A stretch of DNA of 64,000 bases from Octopus bimaculoides (GCF_001194135.2 NC_068992.1:5119905-5183904), one strand, 5' to 3'. Numbered from the stretch's first letter, positions 13,200 through 26,106 are shown. A program made the numbers and translations. The notes: a model not told the origin generated them from the sequence alone.

Positions 13200-13320
13200 G
13201 CCGCTGTTGCTGTTGTTGTTGCTGCCGCCTGCAGTGATGATACCGATGATAATGATGGTGATGATGATGGTGATGATGATGATGATGACGACGACGACGA
13301 CGACGACGACGACAACGACT
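13200..13320. repeat. (GAT)n/(GAC)n microsatellite
   Basis: Visible directly. It explains the poly-D, poly-S and poly-H/R ORFs. Confidence 0.95.
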
Positions 13321-15863
13321 TTGTCCTCCTGATATTGCTGTTCCGACTCCTGTTGTTATAGGGTGAAATGATGAAAGGCGATACCAATGAGCGTTTCTGT
13401 AGATCCTTCCGACTTCAGAAATGTGGAAATGTTTTATGGATAACCTAAAATAATGAATTGGATCAGATGTTGGTTTAGAATGCATTAACTGTAAGGCAAA
13501 CACACATCGTTTATAAGCTTTAAAACATACGGTCATTCATATATATACTTGCTTTAATTCATATCACCAGAAATACACATTACCTAAAAAGAAACAAGAA
13601 ACTTGAACGGAAATGGGATCGGACGCTGGGATGTAATTTACCGTCTGCATCAACAACCGTGTGCAGCTCGCGTCTAAGAATGCGGACATCCGAATAAAAC
13701 CAATAACAGCTGATAAAATACGGATGAATCACATCTACAGGCATTGATGGAAAAACAGCCGTGGCTGGATGGTCTAACCTACGAGCTTTATTTTTATAAA
13801 CCAGATGTTCTCAGCTTCTCAGAATATGTCTTACTCCAAAACTCTGTGCATAATATTGATAAATTTAGAGTTTGCTAAATGCAGATCTGAGGATTTTGAG
13901 TATTGTGTTCACTAAGAATTTGGTCTTTGTCGTCGATATTCTAGTAGCTGATAGATAAATATGCGCTGTCCCAAAGAAACCTATTTTCGATGAGCAGCAC
14001 ACTACGTGATACAATGTATAAGCAATGGGAAAGTAACCTCGTTTGGGTGAGTCCTTGTTTACTTAAATCAGTCGTATATAAATAATTGGCATCTGCCCTC
14101 CCGACGCCATGTTTCAGTCGGGTAATCAGCGGTTGATTTGCTGTAATGTGCAGAGACATCTACTTCGGTGATCTGAAAACGTAGCCATCTAACGGAACAA
14201 CGGAATATTATGCGTCAAGGTTGGCTTGTCACGAAGCTATTGCTCAATTTAAACTATTCTATGAGAATTGGGACGCTGGAGATGTGTCAGCGTATGTGCA
14301 CATGGTTACCGTGTGTCGGACAACAAACACATCACTGTGATCGGCACTGCTCTGGGGAAGACTCACTTTTTTTAGTCTACAGCCCGGCCCTTCGACGCAG
14401 CTGTAGTGTTGAATCAAATGTAGACCGACAGGGCACTTCGTATCTAGTATGTTCTCCTTCTCGGCCAAAAGCATGTGACGGTATGATACACATGTTGAAC
14501 GCAGCTGATATGCAGATCTATCTGATACATGTTAACAGCAGCTTTGCAACCACTGTGAATTATACTTCGTATGCTGTATTTGGTATTTTAAAGTAAAGAA
14601 CATCGACTGTGATATCGTTTGAACTAACTGGATTCCGAATATCATGGAAGAGATTTCTAGGTGAACCTGATTGATATGGCGGAATAGGCACACGTCCATC
14701 TTCTAGCCATGCTTCCTTGACATATGCTGGAGCGGAAGATTGTAGTTAGGTAAGACGTTAATTCAATAAATATGGTGAAAATAATTCGGACGTAGTTATT
14801 TTACACCAAATGAATGCCTGTACTGTCTTTCGATGCAGCTGTACGTTATATGACATTTATTATCGTGAGCAAATTCTTTTGGTGGCAATTGTTCATAATA
14901 GATATTAAGTGGTCATTGACTTGCGCTACGCCAATGTTCTCATTTTATTAGTATATTTGATGTACATATGTATGTCTGCATTAAGTTTCAATAGTTGTTA
15001 CATTGTTATATCGTAGCTAAGACAACACATATTTTAGAATTGGCTGGTGATATCCCCTGTGGCAATTATAAAATTTTAGTATTACCACTTTTAGTATTAC
15101 TGTTTTATATAATAATTCCCATTCTTAAAATCACTGAATGGATATAATTGTAGCCTATATGTTTTCTTTCATGAATTCTTATTATATTTTATCAATTTTC
15201 AGTTTTCTTGAATCTTCATATATCTTTTGTACTACCACAATGGATTTCTAAACAACATTAGTGTTATATATATAATGTTTCTCTAGAACATCTTGTTCGT
15301 TTGCTTTATAAGAATAGCTGCGTTGAAAGACATGAAAATAAAATTTCATCAGTTTTAAAATAATTTTCTTTTATCAGCAACACACTGAAATTAAGGCAGT
15401 GATTGTACTGTGTTCCATGCTGCATCGGTCATTAGGTTTATCTTGTGCTTTCCTTTCGCTTTTTCTTTTACGTTTGTAGAAAATTTCGAACTGCAATCCA
15501 ATTTTCTAGATTATATATTTTTCCTTCTTTTCTTTAAAGAAATGTTTTGTTTTCTGAAGATATAATACGGTCAAAATCTTAAGGGATTTTCTTCAAACAA
15601 GAATCAATATACATACTTCAGAAGTATATATGCAACCAATAAATGTTGGAATTGTAATATTGAATGTCTGTCAATCAACGTAAGCATTGAAAGTTTTCAC
15701 AAAGTAAACTTCAGTAATTATACAATGCACCGAATGCAAGTCGGTCACAACCTATAGTACACAGTGAGGATGTCAATTTAAATGTAGTATTTATTTCGTA
15801 GATTTCCGTAACACAGCGTACAGAATGTAAAATAACATGGTGTATATGTGTATCAAAGTAGCT

Positions 15864-16035
15864 AAAGCGGTGAGCTGGTAGAATTATTACTGCACTCGAC
15901 AAAATAGTTATATTCGTTTATATAGGATCATTAAATTCTCAGTTCCAATTATGCCGAGGTCGACTTTACCATTCATTATCTAAAAGATCGATAAAATAAA
16001 TTTCAGCCGTGTATTGTGTCGATGTACTCAACTTT
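15864..16035 (+). mobile_element. SINE family A, degenerate
   Basis: Head AAAGCGGTGAGCTGGTAGAAT and core CCGAGGTCGACTTTACCATTCA...GATCGATAAAATAAA. Confidence 0.7.
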
Positions 16036-16220
16036 GTCTTTCTTTAAACATGCTAGGGGTATATATATATTTATATATACATACACAGACGCACACACAT
16101 ACGCGCGCGCACATACGCGCACGCACATTCATATTTATATACATATACATACATACACACATACATACATACATACATACAAGTTGGGATAAGTTACGAA
16201 ATAAAACGTTTTGCAATATA

Positions 16221-16436
16221 TTCTTTTCTAGACTAGACATAAGGCCCAACATTTTGGGGGAAGGGGCAAGTCGATTAGAACGTTCCTAGTATGCAACTGG
16301 TACATAATTTATCGTCCCCGAATGGATGAAAGGCAAAAATTGCCTTGGTGGAATTTGAACACAGAACATAAAGACAGACGAAATACTGCTAAGCATTTCG
16401 CCTCGCCTGCTAACGTTTCTGCCAGCTCACCGTCTT
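16221..16436 (-). mobile_element. SINE family A, tail type 1, near full length
   Basis: Tail CATAAGGCCCAACATTTTGGGGGAAGGGG, core, and head GCCAGCTCACCGTCTT. Confidence 0.85.
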
Positions 16437-16452
16437 GTGACAGTATTAATTA

Positions 16453-16682
16453 GTTATTGTTGCCCACAGAGGGCTAAACATAGAGGGGACAAAAAAGACA
16501 GACAAAGGAATTAAGACGATTACGTCGACCTCAGTGCGTAACTGGTACTTATTTAATCGACCCCGAAAATATGAAAGGCAAAGTCGACCTCGGTGGAATT
16601 TGAACGCAGAACGTAAACACAGACGAAATACTGCTAAGCATTTCACCTGACCTGCTAACATTTCTGCCAGGTCGCCGCCTTA
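16453..16682 (-). mobile_element. SINE family A, tail type 2, full length
   Basis: Tail TTGCCCACAGAGGGCTAAACATAGAGGGGACAAA, core GGCAAAGTCGACCTCGGTGGAATTTGAAC, head GCCAGGTCGCCGCCTT. Confidence 0.9.
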
Positions 16683-18035
16683 GTGGGTAAAATTTGACAA
16701 GTGGGAGAGGATGTGATTGAGAGTGAGTTTGAGAGAGAAGAGAAAAACGTACATTGATGTTACAAAGAATCAGTGAAATTAATCGAAGTACATGCAATTT
16801 AATGTTTGAATACAAATGACATAGAATGATGTTTCTATATTATACTCTTAAATTTTCCTACACGTACCTAGATAAAAACGAAAGCTATAAATGTCTTCAT
16901 CTTAATATCTATTTAAACGCAGAGCATTATTAATATACGTAAATGAATATATTGCAAATGAGTTTGTAAAATATTGCAAATTGTTAGGCTGTAAAATTAT
17001 TAATTAGTGATTCTCTAAAGCTAATAAGCTTTAAGTTACAACGAAAATCAAACGTATACTAATACTAAATGCATTTAAGAGAAATATTTAAACGCAGTTC
17101 ATTTGATGAAATTATCGCACACAATTTATAGATATATGTTCAAAGTCCTTTCCTTACCACACAGAAAATAACATATTAATTGTATATAATATTGGCTTCC
17201 TGGTCGTCATCATATCAATATAATAGATGTTCAAAGAATTTCCATTATAAACTACAGATGAGAGAATTATGTGTTTGATATGCAATGAACTCTATCAAAA
17301 TTTATAACAATTTCCTGGCTTTAAATTACTCTCTTGGGTTGTCCAGATATTACATATATTGGTGCAATTCATTTTACACTTCAAATATTTATAATTAGTC
17401 TGTGTGCGTAACTAAAATTTATTATTAATTTTAACTTAATAAAAAAGATAATGCATCTACTAGTCGAATTGATGCGCATTGGGAAAATATCCTGCTGCTA
17501 AAATCTTATTTTATGTTCATGTGTTATGTTAAAATTTACAGAAATTGCCTTAATCAAGAATGGAAATAATTAAGTGGCAATAATTCTTAAAAGAGACGCT
17601 ATTAATTAAAAGATCATATATTCATTTTATATACATGCGATAGAAATAAATATCCCAGCTTAATAAACGAAAATAGTTTCTCAGTCATGTTAAAATTAGG
17701 GAAAATAATTTGTGTTTTCCATCGCCAACGTTTAAAATTGCACATAGACCAAAATCTCACAATCTATGCAATGCAAATACCTTTCGAATCATATTTTACA
17801 CAAAGATTTAGTGCTGAGAACATAGAGAACACAGATAACTACATACCAACAAAAGTGGTATACGTATATATCATAACAAACGTTGGAAAATTTGATATAT
17901 TTCTTATTTCCGTATTATATTACAGGATAAGGGTTAAAATGTATATGTATGTGTAAACCATATGGGTTCTCCTGTCCCTAATTCATGCGATAAAGTTGAA
18001 AAAAAAATACAAGAGTATGCCGGATGTTAGCGCAA

Positions 18036-18071
<36 letters not shown>

Positions 18072-18277
18072 GATGTGTATAAATATATCCAAGCATATAT
18101 ACAAATATGCACAAACGTACATGCAATTACATTTATAAATCTTTCAGAGAAAGTTATGCAGTAACAGCACAATAAAGTGATAGCTTGTTACCAACTTAAT
18201 GTGACAGTCCCAGGAAATAGAAGAGTTTTACTGTTATTTAGCCTCAAGAAACACCGTTTCTAATTGGCTTTTCAAAA

Positions 18278-18400
18278 TTCCACAGCATTGTTTCCACTGA
18301 ATGTTTGCCACTAATTAATGAATATGATGAGAATAAAGGACATAAATTTCCCTTAATAAAAAAGAAAATAGAACAAATCATTTCGAAAATCTGTCCGTGG
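18278..18400. repeat. Dispersed repeat, copy 1 (copy 2 at 22670-22800)
   Basis: Both copies share ATTCC(A/G)CAGCATTGTTTCCAC...TGCCACTA...AATGAATATGA...AATAAAAAAGAAAATA...AACAAATCATT...TGTCCGTGGT in the same orientation. Confidence 0.75.
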
Positions 18401-21060
18401 TTTTTATTTGCTAAAAATATTTCTATGTAATATTGTGCTTTCTTTGTCTTTAAGTAAACAACCGAATTTAGCCCTGGACACCAGAAACATGCATAAACAC
18501 ACACACGTACACATTCTCAAAGTTGTTTTTCTTCAGTACTTTGGACGACAACGTACAGCAAGTAAAATACTTGAAAGATTTGCTACAAAACAGCAGAGAT
18601 AGAACTTTAACATGGCTTCATTTTCTGAAGTAACAATCATCGTCGGTGGACAATATTCAACAAGACAATATTCAACAAGACATCTCTGTTTCGTATTTCT
18701 TATGAGTTGTATAATGTGAGGTTGCTTTCGAAATGCTTCTATATTCTGAAATGAACGACAAGTATATTACTATGACAATCGATGTCTGCGTCTACCAATC
18801 ATTTCTATGCAACAAAAATTTTATTCAGAAATTGACTCTTTCCTTCAGAGATGTGATGAGAAAACACGATTAACTTATTGCTGATATATTTACAAAGTGT
18901 GATTGTGAAGTAATTTCACATACCACGGCCGACAGATTATTGTGCAGACTAGTGGAAACACAAGCTTCATCACCCTTGTTAATTTAACCATGAATATCCG
19001 TCTTGTATTCTTCTTCAAGAAACTGAGACATATTGGTATGCAAGTATTCGTAACGTAGAAGAAGGTCAAACGATCGATTCCTGTATTATGCATATCACAG
19101 AGCAAGCAAAATTAATTATCTTCATAAAGCAATAGAACGCGAACTTCAAACGATGTATTTTATGTTTATTTCAAGCGTCAATCACTGTTTAAACCTGCAG
19201 TTCATTGATATATTTCAAGTGCTTCCATTAGTGCTACAACAAAATTAATACGGTTTCGTTTAAAAATTTCAGATAAGTCGAAATACCAGCAGTGTGACAT
19301 ATTCTGAGTTTGCTATTGTTAATGGCCCTGCATTGTTGTACATTTGGAGTTCCATTTGGTGGAACAGAAATGAAACTAATTCATAGCACAAACAAGCCAA
19401 CAGCGAATGAATTGTCTCTATTCGATCAACCTAAATTCAATGTTTTAATTGTATGAAGATAATCTATTTTTCAAAAATCTTGTCTTCCACGGACGCCAGG
19501 ATTTTATAGTTGACGAAAAGAGAGTATGATTCTAGATAAGGCACTCAACTCACGTTAATCTAACAGCAGAACTCGTGAAATGTGACGTCATGTCAGAACT
19601 GGCCTTTGAGTAATAAATAAATACCTATGTTTGTGACTTTATAAGTTGGTGTACATAAATTTATTTGAATGTTGGTATTTATTTCTATATCAATGTTACA
19701 AAACAATCATTAAATCAATACAAAAATAAATAATTGATTAATGTATTACAAATATTAATATTGCCAAGTAATTTATGATCAATTAAAACTCTCATTTCCA
19801 TAAGGTGATAAAAAATGATAGCTATAATAATCAGTTACTATTGTGTGTCTATTCGTATAAATTTAATTCAGGATAAATATCAGGAAATTATCATAATACA
19901 CCTTAGTGTGCGAAACCATTCGAAATCGGTTAGTTATATAATTATAAATTAATATTGTAAAGCGTTAATAGGTTGAGAGTTATTCAGGAAAATTAAATCT
20001 GCTGCAGTAGTAAAACCACATACCGGCCATCTTTAAAGGAACACCGTATTATGAAATATACTTGTACGTACGATACTCATATATTCAAACACTTTTCTGC
20101 AGCACACAAGTGATTAAATATCAATTGCGTATAACATTGTGGCTTCGGACAACCGTATGTTAATTTGATAAATATTTCAACTGTTTTCATTATAGACGGA
20201 AATGAAAGAATTACGTATTTCATAAGAAATGGCCTCTCTTAAATGTAGAACGAGTTGTAGTATTCAAATTAGTCCCTCGTTCCGTTAAGTGACCAGTAAT
20301 TTCTAATGAACTGAATTTACAATTTCTTAAAAATCTATGAGTACGGTGACCTACGCAGAGAATAAATAATAATTTTCACTGAATCACATCATTAATTGCC
20401 TTAGTTTGTATATTAAAATCGTAAACAAGATCTATCCCAGCACGAGGTGTGTGTTGATAGTTCCAATGAAATATTTTTTAACCAATGACAGTCATTTGTT
20501 TAAAACATTAAAAATTAACATATTAAATATTTTCCATCTGGAGACAAATATTTTGCACCTTAACATAGATATCAAACCTGAGATAAATTTAGCACTCCAC
20601 TGCATAATATATATAGCACATAAGATGAACTCATTGATCAACAAATGGAACCTATACAACAGTGATTACTTTTGCTTTAAGACACATAGCGTGTGCATGG
20701 TGTTTGTCGTAGAGGTAAAGAGCAATGTTATAAAACCGACATATGATGCATTTTTGTACATAGAATTACTATTGAAGCTTACCCCGTTTTTAATATCAAT
20801 GTGGATTAAACCGGAGTATTCGCAGAATTTAGGGAAACAAACACAAATTATTTTGGATTTTTGTGCTAGAGAAACTTTCGTTCTACTCCTGAGATCAGAT
20901 TTGATAGTAATTCAAAGAGGCGATAAAAAGACCTACCATTCAAGTAACAAATTAAACTTAATTAGCTGTACGTTCCATGAAAATGTGTATCGTTGTTCTC
21001 TTTACAATTTTAGAAATCAATAGCAGTCTCGATTATCAAAGATGACTTAGCAGAAAACCT

Positions 21061-21295
21061 TGTTTATTTATTGCCCACAGGGGGCTAAACACAGAAGGGA
21101 CAAACAAGACAGGCTAAGGAATTAAGTCGATTGCATCGATCCAGTGCGTAACTGGTACTTATTTAATCGACTCCGAAAGAATGAAAAACAAAGTCGACCT
21201 CGGCGGAATTTGAAATCAGAACGAAATACCGGCAGACAAAAGACCGCTAAGCGTTTCTTCCGGGGTGCTAAAGATTCTGCCAGCTCGTCGCTCTT
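21061..21295 (-). mobile_element. SINE family A, tail type 2, full length
   Basis: TTGCCCACAGGGGGCTAAACACAGAAGGGACAAACAAG...AAAGTCGACCTCGGCGGAATTTGAA...GCCAGCTCGTCGC. Confidence 0.9.
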
Positions 21296-21689
21296 TCAAA
21301 ATATTGTTAGGGAAACGACTAATTCCTTTCACCGATAGAGGGTTAAATAAATTTTACACAATGATATCCGTATTATCAGCATACTCTTTTCTCTAAATGT
21401 ATTCAGGTCTGGCGCCTACATTTGAAATTAAAGAAGGGTTGCATTGAAAAAACGGCATGTACGATTTATTTATATTTCATTGCATGCCAAATATATCCTC
21501 TAACATTCATACATTGTAGGATTCAGTAAAGAACTGCCATAAATTTAGTTGGAGATATTGCTTAAACTTCAAAAATAAATTCAATCCTGTACTCAAACTG
21601 GCTCTGATGTAATGTAATCTAAAGCACCCTTAAACAGCTTTTGTTATGCAATTTCAACTGATAGTTAAATAATATTTATAACTTTGTAT

Positions 21690-21975
21690 CACCTGGACCG
21701 CCTGGATCGGCCAGGCTTCATGGTACCGTGTCTGCTCCGCTGACCAGAGCATTCGCTCCATTCTCCTCTTTCTTTCGCCATTCTCCTCAACGTTGTTCCA
21801 AACATTTTTCTTAAATCATCTTCCCACCTCATTGGAGGTCTTCCGACAGATCCTATTTCGCTGGTGCGGGTACCACTCGACAACTGCACGGGTCCATCGA
21901 TTGCTCGTGAACCTTGCGACGTGACCGACCCATTATAGCTTCACTCCAGTTCTATCTCTGACCTAGTTCCGGGTG
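21690..21975 (-). mobile_element. RTE-clade LINE 3' end relic
   Basis: The minus strand translates, with frameshifts, as VRDRTGV-KL*WVGHVARFTSNRWTRAVVEWYPHQRNR-SVGRPPMRWEDDLRKMFGTTLRRMAKERGEW. This is the WAGHV...GRP..RW.D C-terminal signature of RTE ORFs. Confidence 0.85.
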
Positions 21976-22014
21976 TGGTCTATTAGTGAAATTCCCAACA
22001 TCGACTTTTACATG

Positions 22015-22285
22015 GCTCTCTGATCCGTAAGAAGATGCTAGATATTATATTTACTCTAACGCAGTTGCTGGAACGAGCAATCATTATGAGTAAGCCTTCG
22101 AAAGGGTCAAAATCAACACAGTACTGCAAGCTGTCAGGAAACAATGTGAGGTCGACCTAGTACGCCGCCCTCCTTTAGGAATCAAACAGCGGGTACACAA
22201 TGAATGTGGACCTGTTATCCTTTCCACTGAATGTTCCTGTGGAGATGGTTGTCAAGATTGTGTCTCAAGATGTTCATACGCGACA
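22015..22285 (+). mobile_element. RTE reverse-transcriptase domain relic, inverted relative to the adjacent 3' end
   Basis: The plus strand reads, across frameshifts, IIFTLTQLLERA...E*AFERVKINTVLQAVRKQ...YAALL*ESNSGYTMNVDLLSFPLNVPVEMVVK, colinear with RTE RT motifs (DHIFTL..L.E / DYEKAFD / GVKQGD). Confidence 0.7.
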
Positions 22286-22669
22286 AGATTTATATGATTG
22301 ATGAAAAATTAGTAATTAGAATATTGAACATTTAGGAGGGAGGTTATATTATACCCCCTTCATTGTAACAACTTGTAATTCTCTTTCAGGCTGAAGAATG
22401 ATTCGACAGGCAGTTTCAATCAATCAGTAGTCTATTTCACAATTCATCCCTATTTTTGAGGGCCTGTAAAGAAGGATGAGCTCCACACGCATTTGACTAG
22501 TTTATATGTTATACAAAAGTATATATAATTTTATTTATCTTACAAAATAATTAAAATATTAACTATATTATTCAACATGTTTTCGTCACATTTTTACGCC
22601 TGGAATATACATGGTGAATTACTATTTAAATTCTACGGCAGTTTTAATTGGATCCAAGAAGATCTCCCT

Positions 22670-22800
22670 CATTCCGCAGCATTGTTTCCACAAAATTTTT
22701 GCCACTACCTAATGAATATGACGAGAAGAAGTGACATCAATGTTTCTCAATAAAAAAGAAAATACAACAAATCATTACAGAGAATCTGTTTGTCCGTGGT
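22670..22800. repeat. Dispersed repeat, copy 2 (copy 1 at 18278-18400)
   Basis: See copy 1. Confidence 0.75.
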
Positions 22801-23589
22801 GAAATTATTGATAGAAAGAGAAAGTTTGCACACGAGGCACGATTCACAGACTGTAATCAGATCAATACATTGGACTAACAGATACTGACTACAGAAGAGG
22901 TTGAGGTGACCTGGACATGCATTTGGTATTCGTTTACTGACGCATAGAGAAAGAGGAGTAAAGAAGTCTGCGTATTAATGGAATATTTATTTACGACACT
23001 GTTACATGTAAATAATATTTACTCTTACGTAAATATATATTGTATATAAACGTATGTGATATATCAATAGATTTCTTTTGCAAGAAATGAGAATATAAAA
23101 TTATTCGTTGTTTATTTGATGAATATTTTACCATTTGTTTTGATAGGGTTGCTCTTAGGACAGCATGCAGTAAAATCTTCCGTCAATGAATGCATCGTTT
23201 TCATCATAAAATACATAGAAATAAAGTAGCAAGTATACTATTTGTCGCCCATTTATTTACTACATCGGTTCTATTGTCATTTACCTTGTAGATACAATGT
23301 GCATGAAAAGCATCTTAGTAAAAATAAGCTTTAAGGCATAAGGCGAATGATCTCAGCTAAAATATGTAGGACATTGAAGTTCACACATTAAAATCATAGG
23401 TAAACAAAGACGGTTTCATTAGATTGTCGCCATTATTGCTGGCAATGATCCTCTTGTATGTATCAGATGTATGTATAAAGAGATGGAGTCATCGTAGAGA
23501 ATTTTTTAATGAATATATTCCAAAATTACGTCACTGTATGTATTAATGCCCAGCTCAGTGAAAAGAAGTCTGTACCGCACATACTTGAC

Positions 23590-23691
23590 GGCTGGTTCAG
23601 TGGCAACTTGGACAAATATATGTTATTATAGTGCCCGTCGGAACAAACACTTGTGAGTGGATTTGGCAGACAGAAACACAAAAAAAACGCA
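23590..23691 (+). mobile_element. SINE family B fragment
   Basis: GGTTCAGTGGCAACTTGGACAA...CTTGTGAGTGGATTTGGCAGACAGAAAC. Confidence 0.7.
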
Positions 23692-23910
23692 AAGCGCCGA
23701 GCTGGCAGACACGTCAGCACACCGGTATTTCGTCTGCCGCTACATTCTGCGTTCAAATTCCGCCGAGGTCGACTTTGCCTTTCATCATTTCGGGGTCGAT
23801 AAATTAATTACCAGTTACGCACTGGGGTCGAGGTAATCGACTTAATCCCTTTGTCTGTCCTTGTTTGTCCCCTCTATGTCTAGCACCTTATGGTCAATAA
23901 AGAAGTAAGA
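23692..23910 (+). mobile_element. SINE family A, tail type 2, inserted in a family B copy
   Basis: GCGCCGAGCTGGCAGACACGTCAGCAC, B-box GTTCAAATTCC, tail CTTGTTTGTCCCCTCTATGT. Confidence 0.9.
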
Positions 23911-23937
23911 AACATAAAGAAACTCATATATTTATAT

Positions 23938-23975
<38 letters not shown>

Positions 23976-24736
23976 NNNNNNNNNNNNNNNNNNNNNNNNN
24001 NNNNNNNNNNNNNNNNNNNNNNNNNNNNNNNNNNNNNNNNNNNNNNNNNNNNNNNNNNNNNNNNNNNNNNNNNNNNNNNNNNNNNNNNNNNNNNNNNNNN
24101 NNNNNNNNNNNNNNNNNNNNNNNNNNNNNNNNNNNNNNNNNNNNNNNNNNNNNNNNNNNNNNNNNNNNNNNNNNNNNNNNNNNNNNNNNNNNNNNNNNNN
24201 NNNNNNNNNNNNNNNNNNNNNNNNNNNNNNNNNNNNNNNNNNNNNNNNNNNNNNNNNNNNNNNNNNNNNNNNNNNNNNNNNNNNNNNNNNNNNNNNNNNN
24301 NNNNNNNNNNNNNNNNNNNNNNNNNNNNNNNNNNNNNNNNNNNNNNNNNNNNNNNNNNNNNNNNNNNNNNNNNNNNNNNNNNNNNNNNNNNNNNNNNNNN
24401 NNNNNNNNNNNNNNNNNNNNNNNNNNNNNNNNNNNNNNNNNNNNNNNNNNNNNNNNNNNNNNNNNNNNNNNNNNNNNNNNNNNNNNNNNNNNNNNNNNNN
24501 NNNNNNNNNNNNNNNNNNNNNNNNNNNNNNNNNNNNNNNNNNNNNNNNNNNNNNNNNNNNNNNNNNNNNNNNNNNNNNNNNNNNNNNNNNNNNNNNNNNN
24601 NNNNNNNNNNNNNNNNNNNNNNNNNNNNNNNNNNNNNNNNNNNNNNNNNNNNNNNNNNNNNNNNNNNNNNNNNNNNNNNNNNNNNNNNNNNNNNNNNNNN
24701 NNNNNNNNNNNNNNNNNNNNNNNNNNNNNNNNNNNA
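23976..24736. other. Assembly gap (N)
   Basis: N run. Confidence 1.
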
Positions 24737-25129
24737 TATAGTTATATGGAGAAAAAACCTCTGGAATTGTATTCAAATATTTTGAAAAAGTATGCGATTC
24801 TTATGAATATATATATGTGCGTGTACTAGTATTACAAAATTCATGTTTTTGTAAAAAAATAAATGCCTGTAAAACCTTCTGTGAACATACAATTCAATCT
24901 GTGCTGATGGATGATTTCACTGTCTCCATTGAATACAAAAGAATATTTCTTCAACTTATGTTACTGTCGAAAGATATTTTCATAACTTATTTTAAAATGC
25001 ACTTACATAAGACATATATACATAAAACATATATACATATATACAATATTTACATATGTGTATATACGTCTGCTTATATATTCATCATATATACTCACAC
25101 ACACGTACACATAAATACGAATATTAATA

Positions 25130-25312
<183 letters not shown>

Positions 25313-25976
25313 GTATAGATATCTATACGTATACTGTTATGCTCTTAATACTAAAACGCCAACTATACATATCCGCTAATATTTGATTTGATAGAAAATA
25401 TCTTTGTTATCTAACATAATTCTGGGCAACAGAGGTTTCATAATCTTAGCAAATATTGCATTTGGCGAAGTACCACATTTTTTCATTATTGGAATTGTTT
25501 TGTTGACTGATTTTTATCTCACTGTGTTAGTGAAAGCGAGTTGCTCTAATACTTTTAGATATGTAATGTTGATTATTTTGTTATTGGCAAAGTAGGATGA
25601 TGAGAATCACTATAGAACAACCACCAAAATGTTAGATGTTTTATTTGAAATAGAACATATAATGTACTTCCTAGCAAACAATGTAATTCCAGTATTGTAA
25701 ATAGCTTTTTCCAAATTATAGACTTGCCATATTTGACTATCCAGAATTATTCAAATTCGTATACGAATAATATTTCTAAATTCCCTACTTACGTCAATCA
25801 CATGAGGTCATTTACAATAGTATCACACATTACATCAACGACGAATTGCAACGTCTCCGCAGCAGAGATACTGAAACTGATGGTTAAGTCGCCTTCACTG
25901 AGCCTCATTTATTTGTCTGCTGCTATATTCAAAATAAATTGCACTCATATTATCTAAGATTATCTATTTTTCTTCA

Positions 25977-26052
25977 TGTGATTGTTGGACACCCAAAAAG
26001 TAATACCCGTCCAAGGGTGAAATAGCTACAGTATACCCTCATAAATAAATAA

Positions 26053-26106
<54 letters not shown>

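Noticed and set aside
19583-19590. TGACGTCA (CRE)
   Set aside because: About one such 8-mer is expected by chance in 64 kb.
23880-24776. Long ORFs spanning N-gaps (also 38372-39416, 45737-46326, 57383-58213, 59062-59728)
   Set aside because: They are open only because N codons are not stops, and the flanks are dinucleotide repeats.
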